DNA of 64,000 nucleotides from an uncultured Verrucomicrobiae bacterium (GTDB taxonomy: Bacteria; Verrucomicrobiota; Verrucomicrobiia; Limisphaerales; Palsa-1400): NCBI GenBank assembly GCA_963764165.1, contig CAVXRD010000003.1:288001-352000 (forward strand). Direction: 5' to 3'. This document shows positions 38,958 through 48,780 of the stretch, piece after piece (positions within the stretch are counted from its first letter, which is position 1; each line of letters starts with the position of its first letter). Under the pieces are notes generated by a model. That model saw nothing but the letters and a program-made list of their open reading frames with translations, was not told the origin of the DNA and made no database searches. A program made the translations under genes and the position numbers.

Positions 38958-41900
38958 ATGAAAAGACGATTGATCGCCAAACCGTTCAAACAGACCTTGC
39001 TGGCAGTTCCGGCCGCCGCCCTCATGCTGGGCGCCGCGCACGCGGGCACTTTCGTGGGGCTGAATTTTCAGGATTATTATTATTCCGGCGCGGGAGCGGG
39101 CTACCAGACGACTGGCTTCCCGGTGACCGCCGCGGCCTTCGGCATTCCCGCTGCAAGCTGGACAAGCAGCCTGCCTCTGAGCTGCGGAGCGGGCGGCTAT
39201 GGCATTCCCATCTCGACGAATATCGCGTTTGGTCCCGGCGGCGCTCTCACGGCGAGCGTGTCGGCCCCTGGCGCATGGCAGTCTGGCATCGGAGAAAACA
39301 CCACCGCCTGGGTGGCAGTTGGTGTGCCTCCTGGGAACGACGAAGTTACGTGGGGCATTTTGGACGACGGATCATCATTTTACGGCATAGGCGAATCCGG
39401 CGGATCGCCAAGCGTATCGGTGTCGGGCTTGGCTTCCGTCTTTCCCAACGGATACGTAATCCAAACCATTGCGGCTTACGCGTCCAAGGATGGCGCGCTG
39501 GCCCAGTTCGCCAATGTTGATTTTAGTGACGGCGCCACGACAACGTATTGCACTTATGCCAATTCGTATTTTGTTCAAGGCACGGTGGCGGACGGATACG
39601 GTTACGGAAGCGGCACGGTCGGGCTCAGCGATCCGAGTGGTACATTTACTGCCGACACGATCAACATCGATCCCGAGCCGCAATCATCCCCGGATCATTC
39701 AGTTCTGGCTGGCTTCATCATTACCGATGAACCGGTGATCACTCGCTCCGCGCCGGCGTATTCTTTGGTTGCGTCGGGCAGCCCATTTGTCCTTTCCTCC
39801 ACGGCAATCGGAATTGGCACGCTCAGTTACCAATGGCAGCATGATGGCACGAACATTCCGGGAGCGATTTACGCCAACTATACAAACGCCTCCGCCAGCT
39901 TCGCGGACAAAGGCAGCTATCAAGTAGTCGTTTCAAGTTCCGCTTTTCCGGGGGTCACGGCAACGGGCGACGTCCTGGATATTACCGTTCCAGTCACCCA
40001 TCCGGCGGAGACTTCGACTTGGGACGCAAATACCACGACACCCGGCGCCCAAGATGGTTCCGGAACCTGGACCTACGGCTCCACCAATTGGTGGAACGGA
40101 ACATTCGACGATTACTGGGGCCAGTCGGACTCCGCCATTTTCGGCGTGGGAGGCACTGGATCGTATACGGTGACGCTGGGCGACTACATCTCCGCGGACT
40201 CGATTACGTTTGCCAGCGGCGGATACACCATCACCAACGCCACCAGCGAGACCTTGACGCTCAGCGGCGGCGGCATTGCCGCCACCGGGGCTGCCACCAT
40301 CGCGGTGCCGCTTTCAACAGGCACGAATGCATTGGTCAAGACTGGCACCGGTTACTTGACGCTCTCGGGGGCAGCGACCTTTTCAAGCGCCACCGTTCTT
40401 GCCGGCACACTTGAAGTGGACGCGGTGGGCGCGGACGCCCCTTACGTTGTGACAAATGGCGCGACCTTGAAAATCGGTTACAGCACGAGCGGAGGCTACG
40501 CGAACACGGCGATGCAGCTCTACGGCAGCGGCGTTTCCTCCCCCGCAGGTTTGTACATCGCCGGCGGCAAAGTGTATAACGTCAGCGGCGGAGTCGTCGT
40601 TCAAGGCGCACCGACCACCATTCGCCAATTCGGCAGCGGCCTGGCTGAATTGGGCATTTTCGATATCAATTCAACACCGGGCCTTTCCATTACCGCGCTG
40701 GCTTCAGGATCGGTGATCGATGCCAATGTGGAATTTGTAAGCGACGGCTACGGCATGGTCGTGACGACGGTGCCCGGCACCAACACCGCGACCGGCGATC
40801 TGGTCGTCAACAGCCCGCTGAATATCAAAGCCAACACCGACAACTACGGCCTTTACGAAAAGGGAGCCGGCTCAGTGCGTTTGAACGCGCCGGCCACAGC
40901 CATCAATGCCGGCGTCCACGTCCAGGGTGGGACCTTGATTTGCGGCGCGCCCAATTGCATCGGCACGAACGGAACGCTGGCGGTTGCGGCGGCGGGAACG
41001 GTGAACTTCAACAACATCAGCCAGACGGTTGCCAACGTGGTAAGCACCGGCAGCGCGCAGGCACTATTCGGCACCTTAGTGATGACCATTAACAAAGGCG
41101 GATCCCCCAGCAGCTGCACGCTGACGACCCTCGATTCCAACCCGCTTTTTCTCGGCGGAACATTGCAGGTGACCAACATCGGCGGGCCGCTGGCGATAGG
41201 CGACAAGTTCACTTTGTTCAGCGCGCCGAACAGCGGCTTCGCCGGCTCATTCACCACTCTGAAGCTGCCGACACTTCCTAACGGCCTGGCGTGGCAGGAC
41301 AATACCGGCAATGACGGCAGCATCTTGGTTGTCAAGGGATCAGTCCCGCCGAGCATCACGACAGATCTCCCGGGCGGCACCAACTACGCGTATGCCGGCG
41401 GCAGCATGTTCCTCTCGATCGTGGCCGCGGGCGATCCTGTTCTCACCTACACCTGGAAAAACGCCAACGGAACGGTCGTCAGCACAAACGGGCCATCGGT
41501 GGACTTGGGCCCGCTCACGCTGAGTTCCTCGGGCTTTTATTATTGCGTGGTCAGCAACAACTATGGCGTTGCCAGCAGCCAGACCAATTACATTGATGTC
41601 CTCACTCCCAGCGCCTACGCCGCCGCGGTGGTGGCTGACGGCCCGCAGGATTTTTGGCCGCTTGACGAAACCAATGGCTCGACGGCTTACGACTATGTCA
41701 ATCAAAATAATGGCCAGCTGCAGGGGGGGATCACCCTCGACGTTCCCGGCCCGGTGCCTCCCGCCGACCCAGGTTTCAGCGCAAGCAACACGGCGTATTT
41801 ATTTGACGGTTACGACAGCTACGTTTCTTTCGGAACCGGGCCGTCCCTCAATGGAAGTGGCAACTTCTCCCTGGAAGCGTGGGTTAACACCACCACGACC

Positions 41901-42464
41901 TCCACCGAGGACATCATTGGCCAGCGCGCGCCGGGCGACTATAATGGAGAATACGAACTGCAAGTTCTGGCGAGCGGCGCGGTGTATTTCTACATCTACG
42001 GCGGAAGCGCATACCAGTTTGAGCTCACCACAACGAACCTCGTAAACGACGGCAACTGGCATCATATCGCGGCGGTTCGCAATGGAGGCACGGGTTCTGT
42101 CTACGTGGATGGCGTCCTGTCCGCCACCGCGACTGGTTCCGCTGAGCCATTGGATCCGACGATCTCCGTTTTCCTCGGCGCGGATGAACGCGATGCTATC
42201 CACTATCTGGCTGGCACGCTGGCCGACGTGGCCATTTATGGCTACGCCCTGACGTCGGCTCAGATTTCGCATCATGTGACCGAAGCGGTTGCGCCGCCAC
42301 TCATTCTCTCCGGCAAGTCACTTATCTGGTCTGCTGGCACGCTGGAGAGCACTTCGGTTCTCGGATCGTCCGCCACATGGGCTCCTGTCACTGGCGCCAC
42401 ATCTCCTTATCCGCTGCCGATCAGCGGCACGAACAAGGCGATGTTCTACCGCCTTAAGTACTGA
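38958..42464 (+). CDS. Large secreted protein: Ig-like, autotransporter-associated beta-strand repeats, LamG, C-terminal FYR domain
   Basis: Signal peptide; LSYQWQHDGTNIPGA; LVKTGTGYLTLSG; FWPLDE, NDGNWHHIAAV, VYVDG; ends AMFYRLKY. Confidence 0.9.
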   Translation: MKRRLIAKPFKQTLLAVPAAALMLGAAHAGTFVGLNFQDYYYSGAGAGYQTTGFPVTAAAFGIPAASWTSSLPLSCGAGGYGIPISTNIAFGPGGALTASVSAPGAWQSGIGENTTAWVAVGVPPGNDEVTWGILDDGSSFYGIGESGGSPSVSVSGLASVFPNGYVIQTIAAYASKDGALAQFANVDFSDGATTTYCTYANSYFVQGTVADGYGYGSGTVGLSDPSGTFTADTINIDPEPQSSPDHSVLAGFIITDEPVITRSAPAYSLVASGSPFVLSSTAIGIGTLSYQWQHDGTNIPGAIYANYTNASASFADKGSYQVVVSSSAFPGVTATGDVLDITVPVTHPAETSTWDANTTTPGAQDGSGTWTYGSTNWWNGTFDDYWGQSDSAIFGVGGTGSYTVTLGDYISADSITFASGGYTITNATSETLTLSGGGIAATGAATIAVPLSTGTNALVKTGTGYLTLSGAATFSSATVLAGTLEVDAVGADAPYVVTNGATLKIGYSTSGGYANTAMQLYGSGVSSPAGLYIAGGKVYNVSGGVVVQGAPTTIRQFGSGLAELGIFDINSTPGLSITALASGSVIDANVEFVSDGYGMVVTTVPGTNTATGDLVVNSPLNIKANTDNYGLYEKGAGSVRLNAPATAINAGVHVQGGTLICGAPNCIGTNGTLAVAAAGTVNFNNISQTVANVVSTGSAQALFGTLVMTINKGGSPSSCTLTTLDSNPLFLGGTLQVTNIGGPLAIGDKFTLFSAPNSGFAGSFTTLKLPTLPNGLAWQDNTGNDGSILVVKGSVPPSITTDLPGGTNYAYAGGSMFLSIVAAGDPVLTYTWKNANGTVVSTNGPSVDLGPLTLSSSGFYYCVVSNNYGVASSQTNYIDVLTPSAYAAAVVADGPQDFWPLDETNGSTAYDYVNQNNGQLQGGITLDVPGPVPPADPGFSASNTAYLFDGYDSYVSFGTGPSLNGSGNFSLEAWVNTTTTSTEDIIGQRAPGDYNGEYELQVLASGAVYFYIYGGSAYQFELTTTNLVNDGNWHHIAAVRNGGTGSVYVDGVLSATATGSAEPLDPTISVFLGADERDAIHYLAGTLADVAIYGYALTSAQISHHVTEAVAPPLILSGKSLIWSAGTLESTSVLGSSATWAPVTGATSPYPLPISGTNKAMFYRLKY

Positions 42465-42584
42465 ACACAGCGGGCTCGTTGGCCGGATTGTCCAGCCTGA
42501 CCAAATGCTGACGGTTTAGGCCGTCGCGATGCGCAGCAACTTTAGGGTTGTTGCGCATTTTCCCTTTTCCAAGACGGACTTGTG

Positions 42585-43868
42585 TCAGCCTTTGGCAAGA
42601 TCCGCAAACACGATCATGGATGGATTGCCGACAGGCGCATACTGGCCCGTAAATTTCAGCGCGCCCGACTTGCGATTCACATTAAAAATCGCGACGTTGT
42701 CGTCCCGCTGGTTGCAGGCGCAAAGGAATTTGCCGGAGGGATCGAAATTAAAGCTGCGCGGATAATTCCCCCGCGTCGATTCCTCGGCGATAAACTTCAA
42801 TGCGCCGTCATGGCCCACCGAAAACACACTTATGCAGTCGTGGAGGCGGTTGCCAGCGTAGACAAATTTGCCATCACCTGAAACGAGAATTTCAGAGGCG
42901 AAATTGCTGCCGGCGAAACCGGGAGGCAGAGAGGAAATCGTTTGCCTCTCGGTGAGGCGGCCGGCGGTCGAATTGTAGTCAAACAAAATAATGCTCGACG
43001 CTTCCTCCTGGATGGAATACATCCAGCGGCCGCCGGGGTGGAACGAAAAGTGCCGCGGCCCGTCTCCCGGCGGAAGCGAAATGGCGGCTGGATCGTTCGG
43101 GCTCAGCGCCCCTTCCCGCTCGTTGAACTTCCACACGAAAATTTTATCCAGCCCGAGATCGACGTGCAAAACGAAGCGCCCCGATGGGTCGGCGCTGACC
43201 ATGTGCGCATGGGTATGGTCATGGCCGCTGAAAGCAAAACTTCCCGGTGGCGCGTGCGACGGCCTCGCCGGACCAAGGCTGCCAACGTCCTTCTTGATGT
43301 CGACTGGGCCAGCGAGCTTGCCATCCGCTTGAATGGGAAGGACCGAAATGGAACCACCAAAATAGTTGGCGACAAGAAGAAATTTCCCCGACGGATGGAC
43401 GCTTGCGTAAGTCGGGCCTGCGCCGCCCGAAGGGACGGAATTCAGCAGTTTCAATTGGCCGTCCGCCCGGTCAATGGCGTAGGCATTCACCGTCCCCTCC
43501 TTCGATTCGCCCATGGTGGCGGTTTCATTTGTGGAGTAGAGGCAAGTTCCCGCGGCGTTTAGGACCAGGCAGCTTGGGCTGGAGCCGTTTTCACAAACCC
43601 CGCGCGCCACAAGGGCGCCGGTCGCCCGATTGACCTGAAAAATGTGGATGCCCCTGCCGTTTCCAGGCGGCAAGTCGACTTGGGTTGGCAGCATATTGCG
43701 CAGCGGCGAGCTGAACGTCCCCACATACGCCATCAGCATCTTGCCCCTCGACTCCGCACTCGCCGCCAGCCAGGGAGCGCCAGCCGTCAAAATAGATGCG
43801 GTTCTGATGAACGAGCGGCGGGAAGTCTTTCGCTGAACCAAGTTTGGACGAAATTGCATGCGCAACAA
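42585..43868 (-). CDS. Tat-exported lactonase (6-phosphogluconolactonase-like beta-propeller)
   Basis: SRRSFI twin-arginine motif; VANYFGG, HAH, GDGPRH, GNYPRSF. Confidence 0.9.
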   Translation of the reverse strand: MLRMQFRPNLVQRKTSRRSFIRTASILTAGAPWLAASAESRGKMLMAYVGTFSSPLRNMLPTQVDLPPGNGRGIHIFQVNRATGALVARGVCENGSSPSCLVLNAAGTCLYSTNETATMGESKEGTVNAYAIDRADGQLKLLNSVPSGGAGPTYASVHPSGKFLLVANYFGGSISVLPIQADGKLAGPVDIKKDVGSLGPARPSHAPPGSFAFSGHDHTHAHMVSADPSGRFVLHVDLGLDKIFVWKFNEREGALSPNDPAAISLPPGDGPRHFSFHPGGRWMYSIQEEASSIILFDYNSTAGRLTERQTISSLPPGFAGSNFASEILVSGDGKFVYAGNRLHDCISVFSVGHDGALKFIAEESTRGNYPRSFNFDPSGKFLCACNQRDDNVAIFNVNRKSGALKFTGQYAPVGNPSMIVFADLAKG

Positions 43869-43902
43869 AACACTGAAAGAAACGAGAGATCGAGTCGAAA
43901 AA

Positions 43903-44622
43903 CTAAATCAAATCGTAGCGCTTGACCCGCTTGAGCGTGCGGTAACGCATATACCAATCATTCATCACCAAATGGAAGCTTCGGAAGCTTGTCGTTCCGA
44001 AAGCACGATCACGCTGCGCCTCCAATTGATTGACAAATGCATCGCTGTTCCTCAGCGGCGCACGGAATCGCGCCACCGTCATGTGTGCGGTTTGCAATTT
44101 GTAGCGGCCGTCCATCGTTCCCCCCAATCCACACTCGCGAAGTTTCTGGCGCAAGTTTTCGCGGAGGTCATTCAAAGCGCCATTTTCCGGGAAGCCCTGG
44201 ATCAAGACCGCTGCTCTTGACAGGGTCACGCCGCGAAACTCAACACGGATGGGGGCGCGCGCCTTCAACACCTTGGCGACAACAGCCTCGTAGGCATCCG
44301 ACTTTGCGGCGAAACGCCCGGGTTGCGGCGTGGCGGTAAACATCGGCAGCACGGTGATGTGAAAGTCCGTCGGAGGGTAATAGTATTGGTCCGGCTCCAG
44401 CACGCGCAACCCCTCAATAAGGGTGCAAGCGCGCGCTCGCACATTTGGGGAGGGCCGGGCGATGAGAGTCATTCCGCGCCGATGGTCGGATTCGCGGCCC
44501 GCCAGAACGGCGTCGATTTCTAAATCGCCTGCGAGGATGCGCGCGGCGGAAGACGAGAACATCTCGCCGTAATGCTTGCACAACCAAAGGCGCTCCTCGT
44601 TGATTTCACCTAAAGGTGCCAA
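43903..44622 (-). CDS. 2H phosphoesterase / 2'-5' RNA ligase-like protein (start uncertain)
   Basis: Two HxT motifs, FHITV and AHMTV. Confidence 0.75.
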   Translation of the reverse strand: MAPLGEINEERLWLCKHYGEMFSSSAARILAGDLEIDAVLAGRESDHRRGMTLIARPSPNVRARACTLIEGLRVLEPDQYYYPPTDFHITVLPMFTATPQPGRFAAKSDAYEAVVAKVLKARAPIRVEFRGVTLSRAAVLIQGFPENGALNDLRENLRQKLRECGLGGTMDGRYKLQTAHMTVARFRAPLRNSDAFVNQLEAQRDRAFGTTSFRSFHLVMNDWYMRYRTLKRVKRYDLI

Positions 44623-44633
44623 GGCGAACAAAG

Positions 44634-46985
44634 CTAGCGTTGAGGCGTGAGGTCCGGAACTGGCGGAGCCTGGAAAAAGTTGCCCGTTCGCTTGAAAAAC
44701 TGAAACGCAAGCGCCATGAGCACCACCACAAGCAAAGCGACGAAAATTGCCTGAATGACGGCTGCCTTGCGATCCTCTTTGTGGCGCCGGCGGTGCCGTT
44801 TTCTCCGGCGGTGGCGTGATCCTGTTCTGTGCGTATCCGGCTCCACCGTCGTGGCTGCGGCTTCCTCGCCGTCCGAAACTTCCGGCGCAGCGGATTGGGC
44901 GCCGGCGCTGGTGGCCGGCCCTGGCATGACGCCGCCACCTCGTGCGACCGCCGCGGGTTTGGAAACGCGCGGAACGAATCCGCCGGCGGTGTCCCACGAA
45001 GCTGGAATTTTCGCGAAGTCACTGCGCTGAAACGGACGTGTCTGCCCCGCGGGAATCATCAGCGACCAGGCGGATTGCTGCCGCACTTCACGCACCGCCT
45101 CGCGATACTCGTCGACACCCGCGGGCGGGACAGCGTCCGTCAGCGTCGAAAGGGAGATCGTCATTGTCCAATAACCAGCCAGCGTCTTGCGATAGCGGTT
45201 GAATGAGATCCATGAATTCTCGATCGAGCGCTGCTGAACAATGGCCGGGGGCAGCGCGACGCAATAAACTTCCAGCGAGTGAATCACCTGGCAGGGATAC
45301 GGCAGCCCAAGCGGTGTCTGGCGGACGCCGGAAACCGGCAAGGGCAGCAACCCCGCCACGGCTTCCGCCGTGATCTCAAGCTTGTACCAACTGGCCTGTG
45401 TGCCGTCTTTGAGAAAGTCCTTGATCTCGAATGTTTCGGCCAGGAAGAACTCGTTATGCGCGAGATCGTCGCGATGCTCCATCGTTCCGACCCGCTTCAC
45501 GTCGGGAAACCTATCGACGATTGCCTGCAATCGCTGGCGGGCGATCGCGTCGGGACCCAGTTTCTCGAATTGGCGCCGCAGCTCCTCTGCATGCGTGCCG
45601 CGAGCCATGACGACCACGCCAAAAATCGAAGAGTCTCCCGCGGTATCCAGAAGGATCGATTCCCGCACGTGATAAACATTCGTCGCCTCAGCGGGCTCTG
45701 GAGCGAGCATCAGATCGGCATCCGCGCCGGCCACGGGGAGCCCGACACCGAAATCGCTCAAGACGCGATTGAACGAGCTGCCGCCCTGCCCCTTGGCCGT
45801 GGCGTCAACCCAATGGATTTCCCCTTTTGTTTTGTATTCGACCACCAGGTGGTTGAAAATCGACGGCATCGGAAGGAGCACCGACAGGGATTTGCGAATC
45901 TCTGAGTTCACCAGCACCAATCTTGTCTCCAGCCCCAGCCGCTTCAGCGCAAGCATCAACAATAAGGACAAATCCTTGGTGTCGCCGTATCGCCTGCGCG
46001 CCACCACCTCTGGCTCAACCGGCGGCGTCCCGTCGATCTCGCCGTCGCCCGGAACATACCGGAATTGCTCCTGGATGAATTGGACCGCGCGGCCAATTTG
46101 CTGAGCCGTGCTGCCTTCGGCCGTGGCCAATTCGGGAATGAGTGTTGCAAGATCGGCATCGAACCGATCCAAATTCCATGCTTCCGCGAAGGCGGAACTG
46201 ACCGTCTGCCAATCCGGGCAGTCGGAAACCTGAACCCACGGATATGATATCTGCCAGGCCGGCGCGTATTCCTCGGCATGCGAGCCGAGGAAATTGTCCC
46301 GCGTCCAAATCTGGCAGACTTCGCCATTGGCGCGGGTTTCTTCGGGTTGAAGATAATGAGCCGACGATCTCCATTGAACGCGCCGAGTCTCACTGTAAAC
46401 GACCGAAAAATAGAATTTCCCGAACGGAACGCCTTCAGGAAGTGAAAAGAAATAGCCGAAGTTATCCGACAACAGAACCGGATGATCTTCGATCGAATAG
46501 CTCAGTTCCAGAATGTCACCGGGCCGAACGTCCTCAAGAAGCAGGCTCACGCTCGTCCGCTTGGACGAATCCAGTCCATGGGTGGCGCGCTCAACGCATC
46601 GGATATGATCCATCAAGGTCCGATCCATGGCCGTTCCCGCGCGATGGATCTGAATCGAATGGAAGGTCAGCGATTGAGTCTCCGGGTCGAAGGCAATCTT
46701 GCCTTCTGCCACGCTCTGGACGCCTTGGATGGTGTCCATTCGATTGGCTGTGTGGCAGAAGAGCGCCCGTTTTTCGGCATGGAATTGTTTGGCGCACAAC
46801 AAGTACGTGACATGCCCAGCCTGTTTCGGTTTGAAGTCAGTGCGAAACGAGCATGGCGTGGCCCATTCTGGTTTTGGCCCTATTTGGATGCGTCCTCTGG
46901 CGGCTCCGAGGGTATTGTCCCGCTGCTGCACAACGCTTTCGGCAACCATCGCCAAGTTATTACCGGGAATGGCTTTGCTGTTCAA
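44634..46985 (-). CDS. DUF3857 + transglutaminase-like protein with C-terminal TM
   Basis: DVRPGDILELSY; RRYGDTKD, FNHLVV, WVDAT; basic tract followed by a TM helix. Confidence 0.88.
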   Translation of the reverse strand: MNSKAIPGNNLAMVAESVVQQRDNTLGAARGRIQIGPKPEWATPCSFRTDFKPKQAGHVTYLLCAKQFHAEKRALFCHTANRMDTIQGVQSVAEGKIAFDPETQSLTFHSIQIHRAGTAMDRTLMDHIRCVERATHGLDSSKRTSVSLLLEDVRPGDILELSYSIEDHPVLLSDNFGYFFSLPEGVPFGKFYFSVVYSETRRVQWRSSAHYLQPEETRANGEVCQIWTRDNFLGSHAEEYAPAWQISYPWVQVSDCPDWQTVSSAFAEAWNLDRFDADLATLIPELATAEGSTAQQIGRAVQFIQEQFRYVPGDGEIDGTPPVEPEVVARRRYGDTKDLSLLLMLALKRLGLETRLVLVNSEIRKSLSVLLPMPSIFNHLVVEYKTKGEIHWVDATAKGQGGSSFNRVLSDFGVGLPVAGADADLMLAPEPAEATNVYHVRESILLDTAGDSSIFGVVVMARGTHAEELRRQFEKLGPDAIARQRLQAIVDRFPDVKRVGTMEHRDDLAHNEFFLAETFEIKDFLKDGTQASWYKLEITAEAVAGLLPLPVSGVRQTPLGLPYPCQVIHSLEVYCVALPPAIVQQRSIENSWISFNRYRKTLAGYWTMTISLSTLTDAVPPAGVDEYREAVREVRQQSAWSLMIPAGQTRPFQRSDFAKIPASWDTAGGFVPRVSKPAAVARGGGVMPGPATSAGAQSAAPEVSDGEEAAATTVEPDTHRTGSRHRRRKRHRRRHKEDRKAAVIQAIFVALLVVVLMALAFQFFKRTGNFFQAPPVPDLTPQR

Positions 46986-47090
46986 TTAAAAACGAAACAA
47001 TTCTGTGACGAACGGAATGCGATTGATTCCCGTTAAATGCTCCTGTAAAACCTCCGCCGACCGCTGCCGAATCTGATTTCCACGCCATTT

Positions 47091-48512
47091 ATGAGATTAA
47101 ACCACCGCCAAATTGCCGCCGTTTCCCTGCTCCTCGCCCTCGCCGCGGCCGCACCCGTCGCGGTCGAAGGACAGACCCGCGCGCTGCGGATTGCCACTTA
47201 CAATATTGAAGATGACATCAACGGCGCCGTAAGCCCCCTGCCGGGCTTGATCGCTCCGACGACGAATGTCGCCGCGGTGCAATTGGGCGGTGTTCTAGAA
47301 GGAATCGGCGAGGAGATCGTTGGCAATGATCCTGCCCAACCGGTTGACATCATCGCATTGGAAGAAACAACCAGCAGCAATCTCACGATCGCTCCCATTC
47401 TCAATGGCCTGACCACGTTTTACGGCGCCCCCGGGATGTACGCAACGAGCCCCTATCAAGCCACCGAAAGCGGCGGCGACGTTGCGGACGGCAATGGCCC
47501 GAATGCCATTGTTTACAATACTTACACCGTGCAACTGATCGCTTCCGCGCCCGTTGACCCAAGCGGGGGGACAAGCCAATTGGGATCATCCAGCGGCGAA
47601 TACCGCGAAGTCATGCGGTATGAATTTGCGCCAGCGGGGAACACGCCCGCGCCATCGAACGAATTTTATATTTATGTGAGCCACTACAAATCTGGAACTT
47701 CATCGACCGACGCCAAAGACCGTCAAGAAGAAGCTCAAATCATCCGAAATGACGAAGCCAATAATCTGCCCGCCAGCGCCCGCGTCATTTACGTGGGTGA
47801 TTACAATGTCGATACCAGCGGGGAGGCGGGTTATCAGACCATTCTCGCTGCCGCCGCTCCAAATGGCATCGTGCAGGGCCAGGGCATTGATCCTCTGAAC
47901 ATTGCCGGCTCCACCACCATCAATTGGGAGAGCACCACCACCAGCAAATCTATTTTGCTCATGCTTTCGGAATCCGCCACCGATTTGCGCTATCGCGATG
48001 ACCTTGAAATTGTGACCAGCAATGTTTTTTACGCGGCGCCCGGTGGCTTGTGCCTCGTCACGAACACCTATCACACATTCGGCAATAACGGATCGCTGGC
48101 CTACGGCAGCAGCGTCGCCGCGCAGGGAAACACCGCCTTAACCAATCTGGCGCGAAATGCCCCCATTAGCGCGTCCACGCTTTTCACCGACCTGACAAGC
48201 GCCAGCGATCATCTCCCTGTCGTGGCGGATTACACGGTTCCGGTTTCCGTTCCAGGCTTGGGATTGGGCGGCGGAACGTATTTGGCGCCGGGATATTTCC
48301 AGTTCACTGTCACGAACGCGGATGGCTCAGCCATTTCTCCCGGCGAGGCGTCGAGAATCAGATTTCTTTCCACCACAAATCTTTCAATTCCCCTGGCCAA
48401 TTGGACCCTGCTGCCCAATTCCGCTTTTCTCTCGAACGGAGTGTTGATTGTGACGGACACAAATGCCTCCAGTGCTGCCGACACCTTTTATCGCGCGAAT
48501 CAAAAGCCATGA
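47091..48512 (+). CDS. Secreted endonuclease/exonuclease/phosphatase (EEP) family protein with C-terminal FYR domain
   Basis: LRIATYN, DIIALEE, HYKS, VGDYN, SDHLPVVAD; ends DTFYRANQKP. Confidence 0.88.
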   Translation: MRLNHRQIAAVSLLLALAAAAPVAVEGQTRALRIATYNIEDDINGAVSPLPGLIAPTTNVAAVQLGGVLEGIGEEIVGNDPAQPVDIIALEETTSSNLTIAPILNGLTTFYGAPGMYATSPYQATESGGDVADGNGPNAIVYNTYTVQLIASAPVDPSGGTSQLGSSSGEYREVMRYEFAPAGNTPAPSNEFYIYVSHYKSGTSSTDAKDRQEEAQIIRNDEANNLPASARVIYVGDYNVDTSGEAGYQTILAAAAPNGIVQGQGIDPLNIAGSTTINWESTTTSKSILLMLSESATDLRYRDDLEIVTSNVFYAAPGGLCLVTNTYHTFGNNGSLAYGSSVAAQGNTALTNLARNAPISASTLFTDLTSASDHLPVVADYTVPVSVPGLGLGGGTYLAPGYFQFTVTNADGSAISPGEASRIRFLSTTNLSIPLANWTLLPNSAFLSNGVLIVTDTNASSAADTFYRANQKP

Positions 48513-48780
48513 CCAGTCCGCACGCTGACAGTGACCGTGGCACGCGAATGGGTGTAACATTAATTGCGCAATAGCTCGAAAAACAGGTAACATTGGTTAC
48601 ACTGTTGATAATCAACTAAATACAAGGTAACAAAAAGTAACATTTCTGCCGGGCGGGGAGCCAATTGAGTTTATCTGTCTTCCCACTACGGCGCTGGAGG
48701 CTTGCCGCGAACGTTTTGGGAACGGCAAACAAGATGCGCCGTTGCAGCGTTTAGCCCTTTCCGATAGAAAGCAGAGCACC

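Noticed and set aside
43903..44997. 364-aa version of the 2H phosphoesterase overlapping the DUF3857 gene
   Set aside because: The N-terminal 120 aa are an alternate frame of the upstream gene. The domain begins after 44634.
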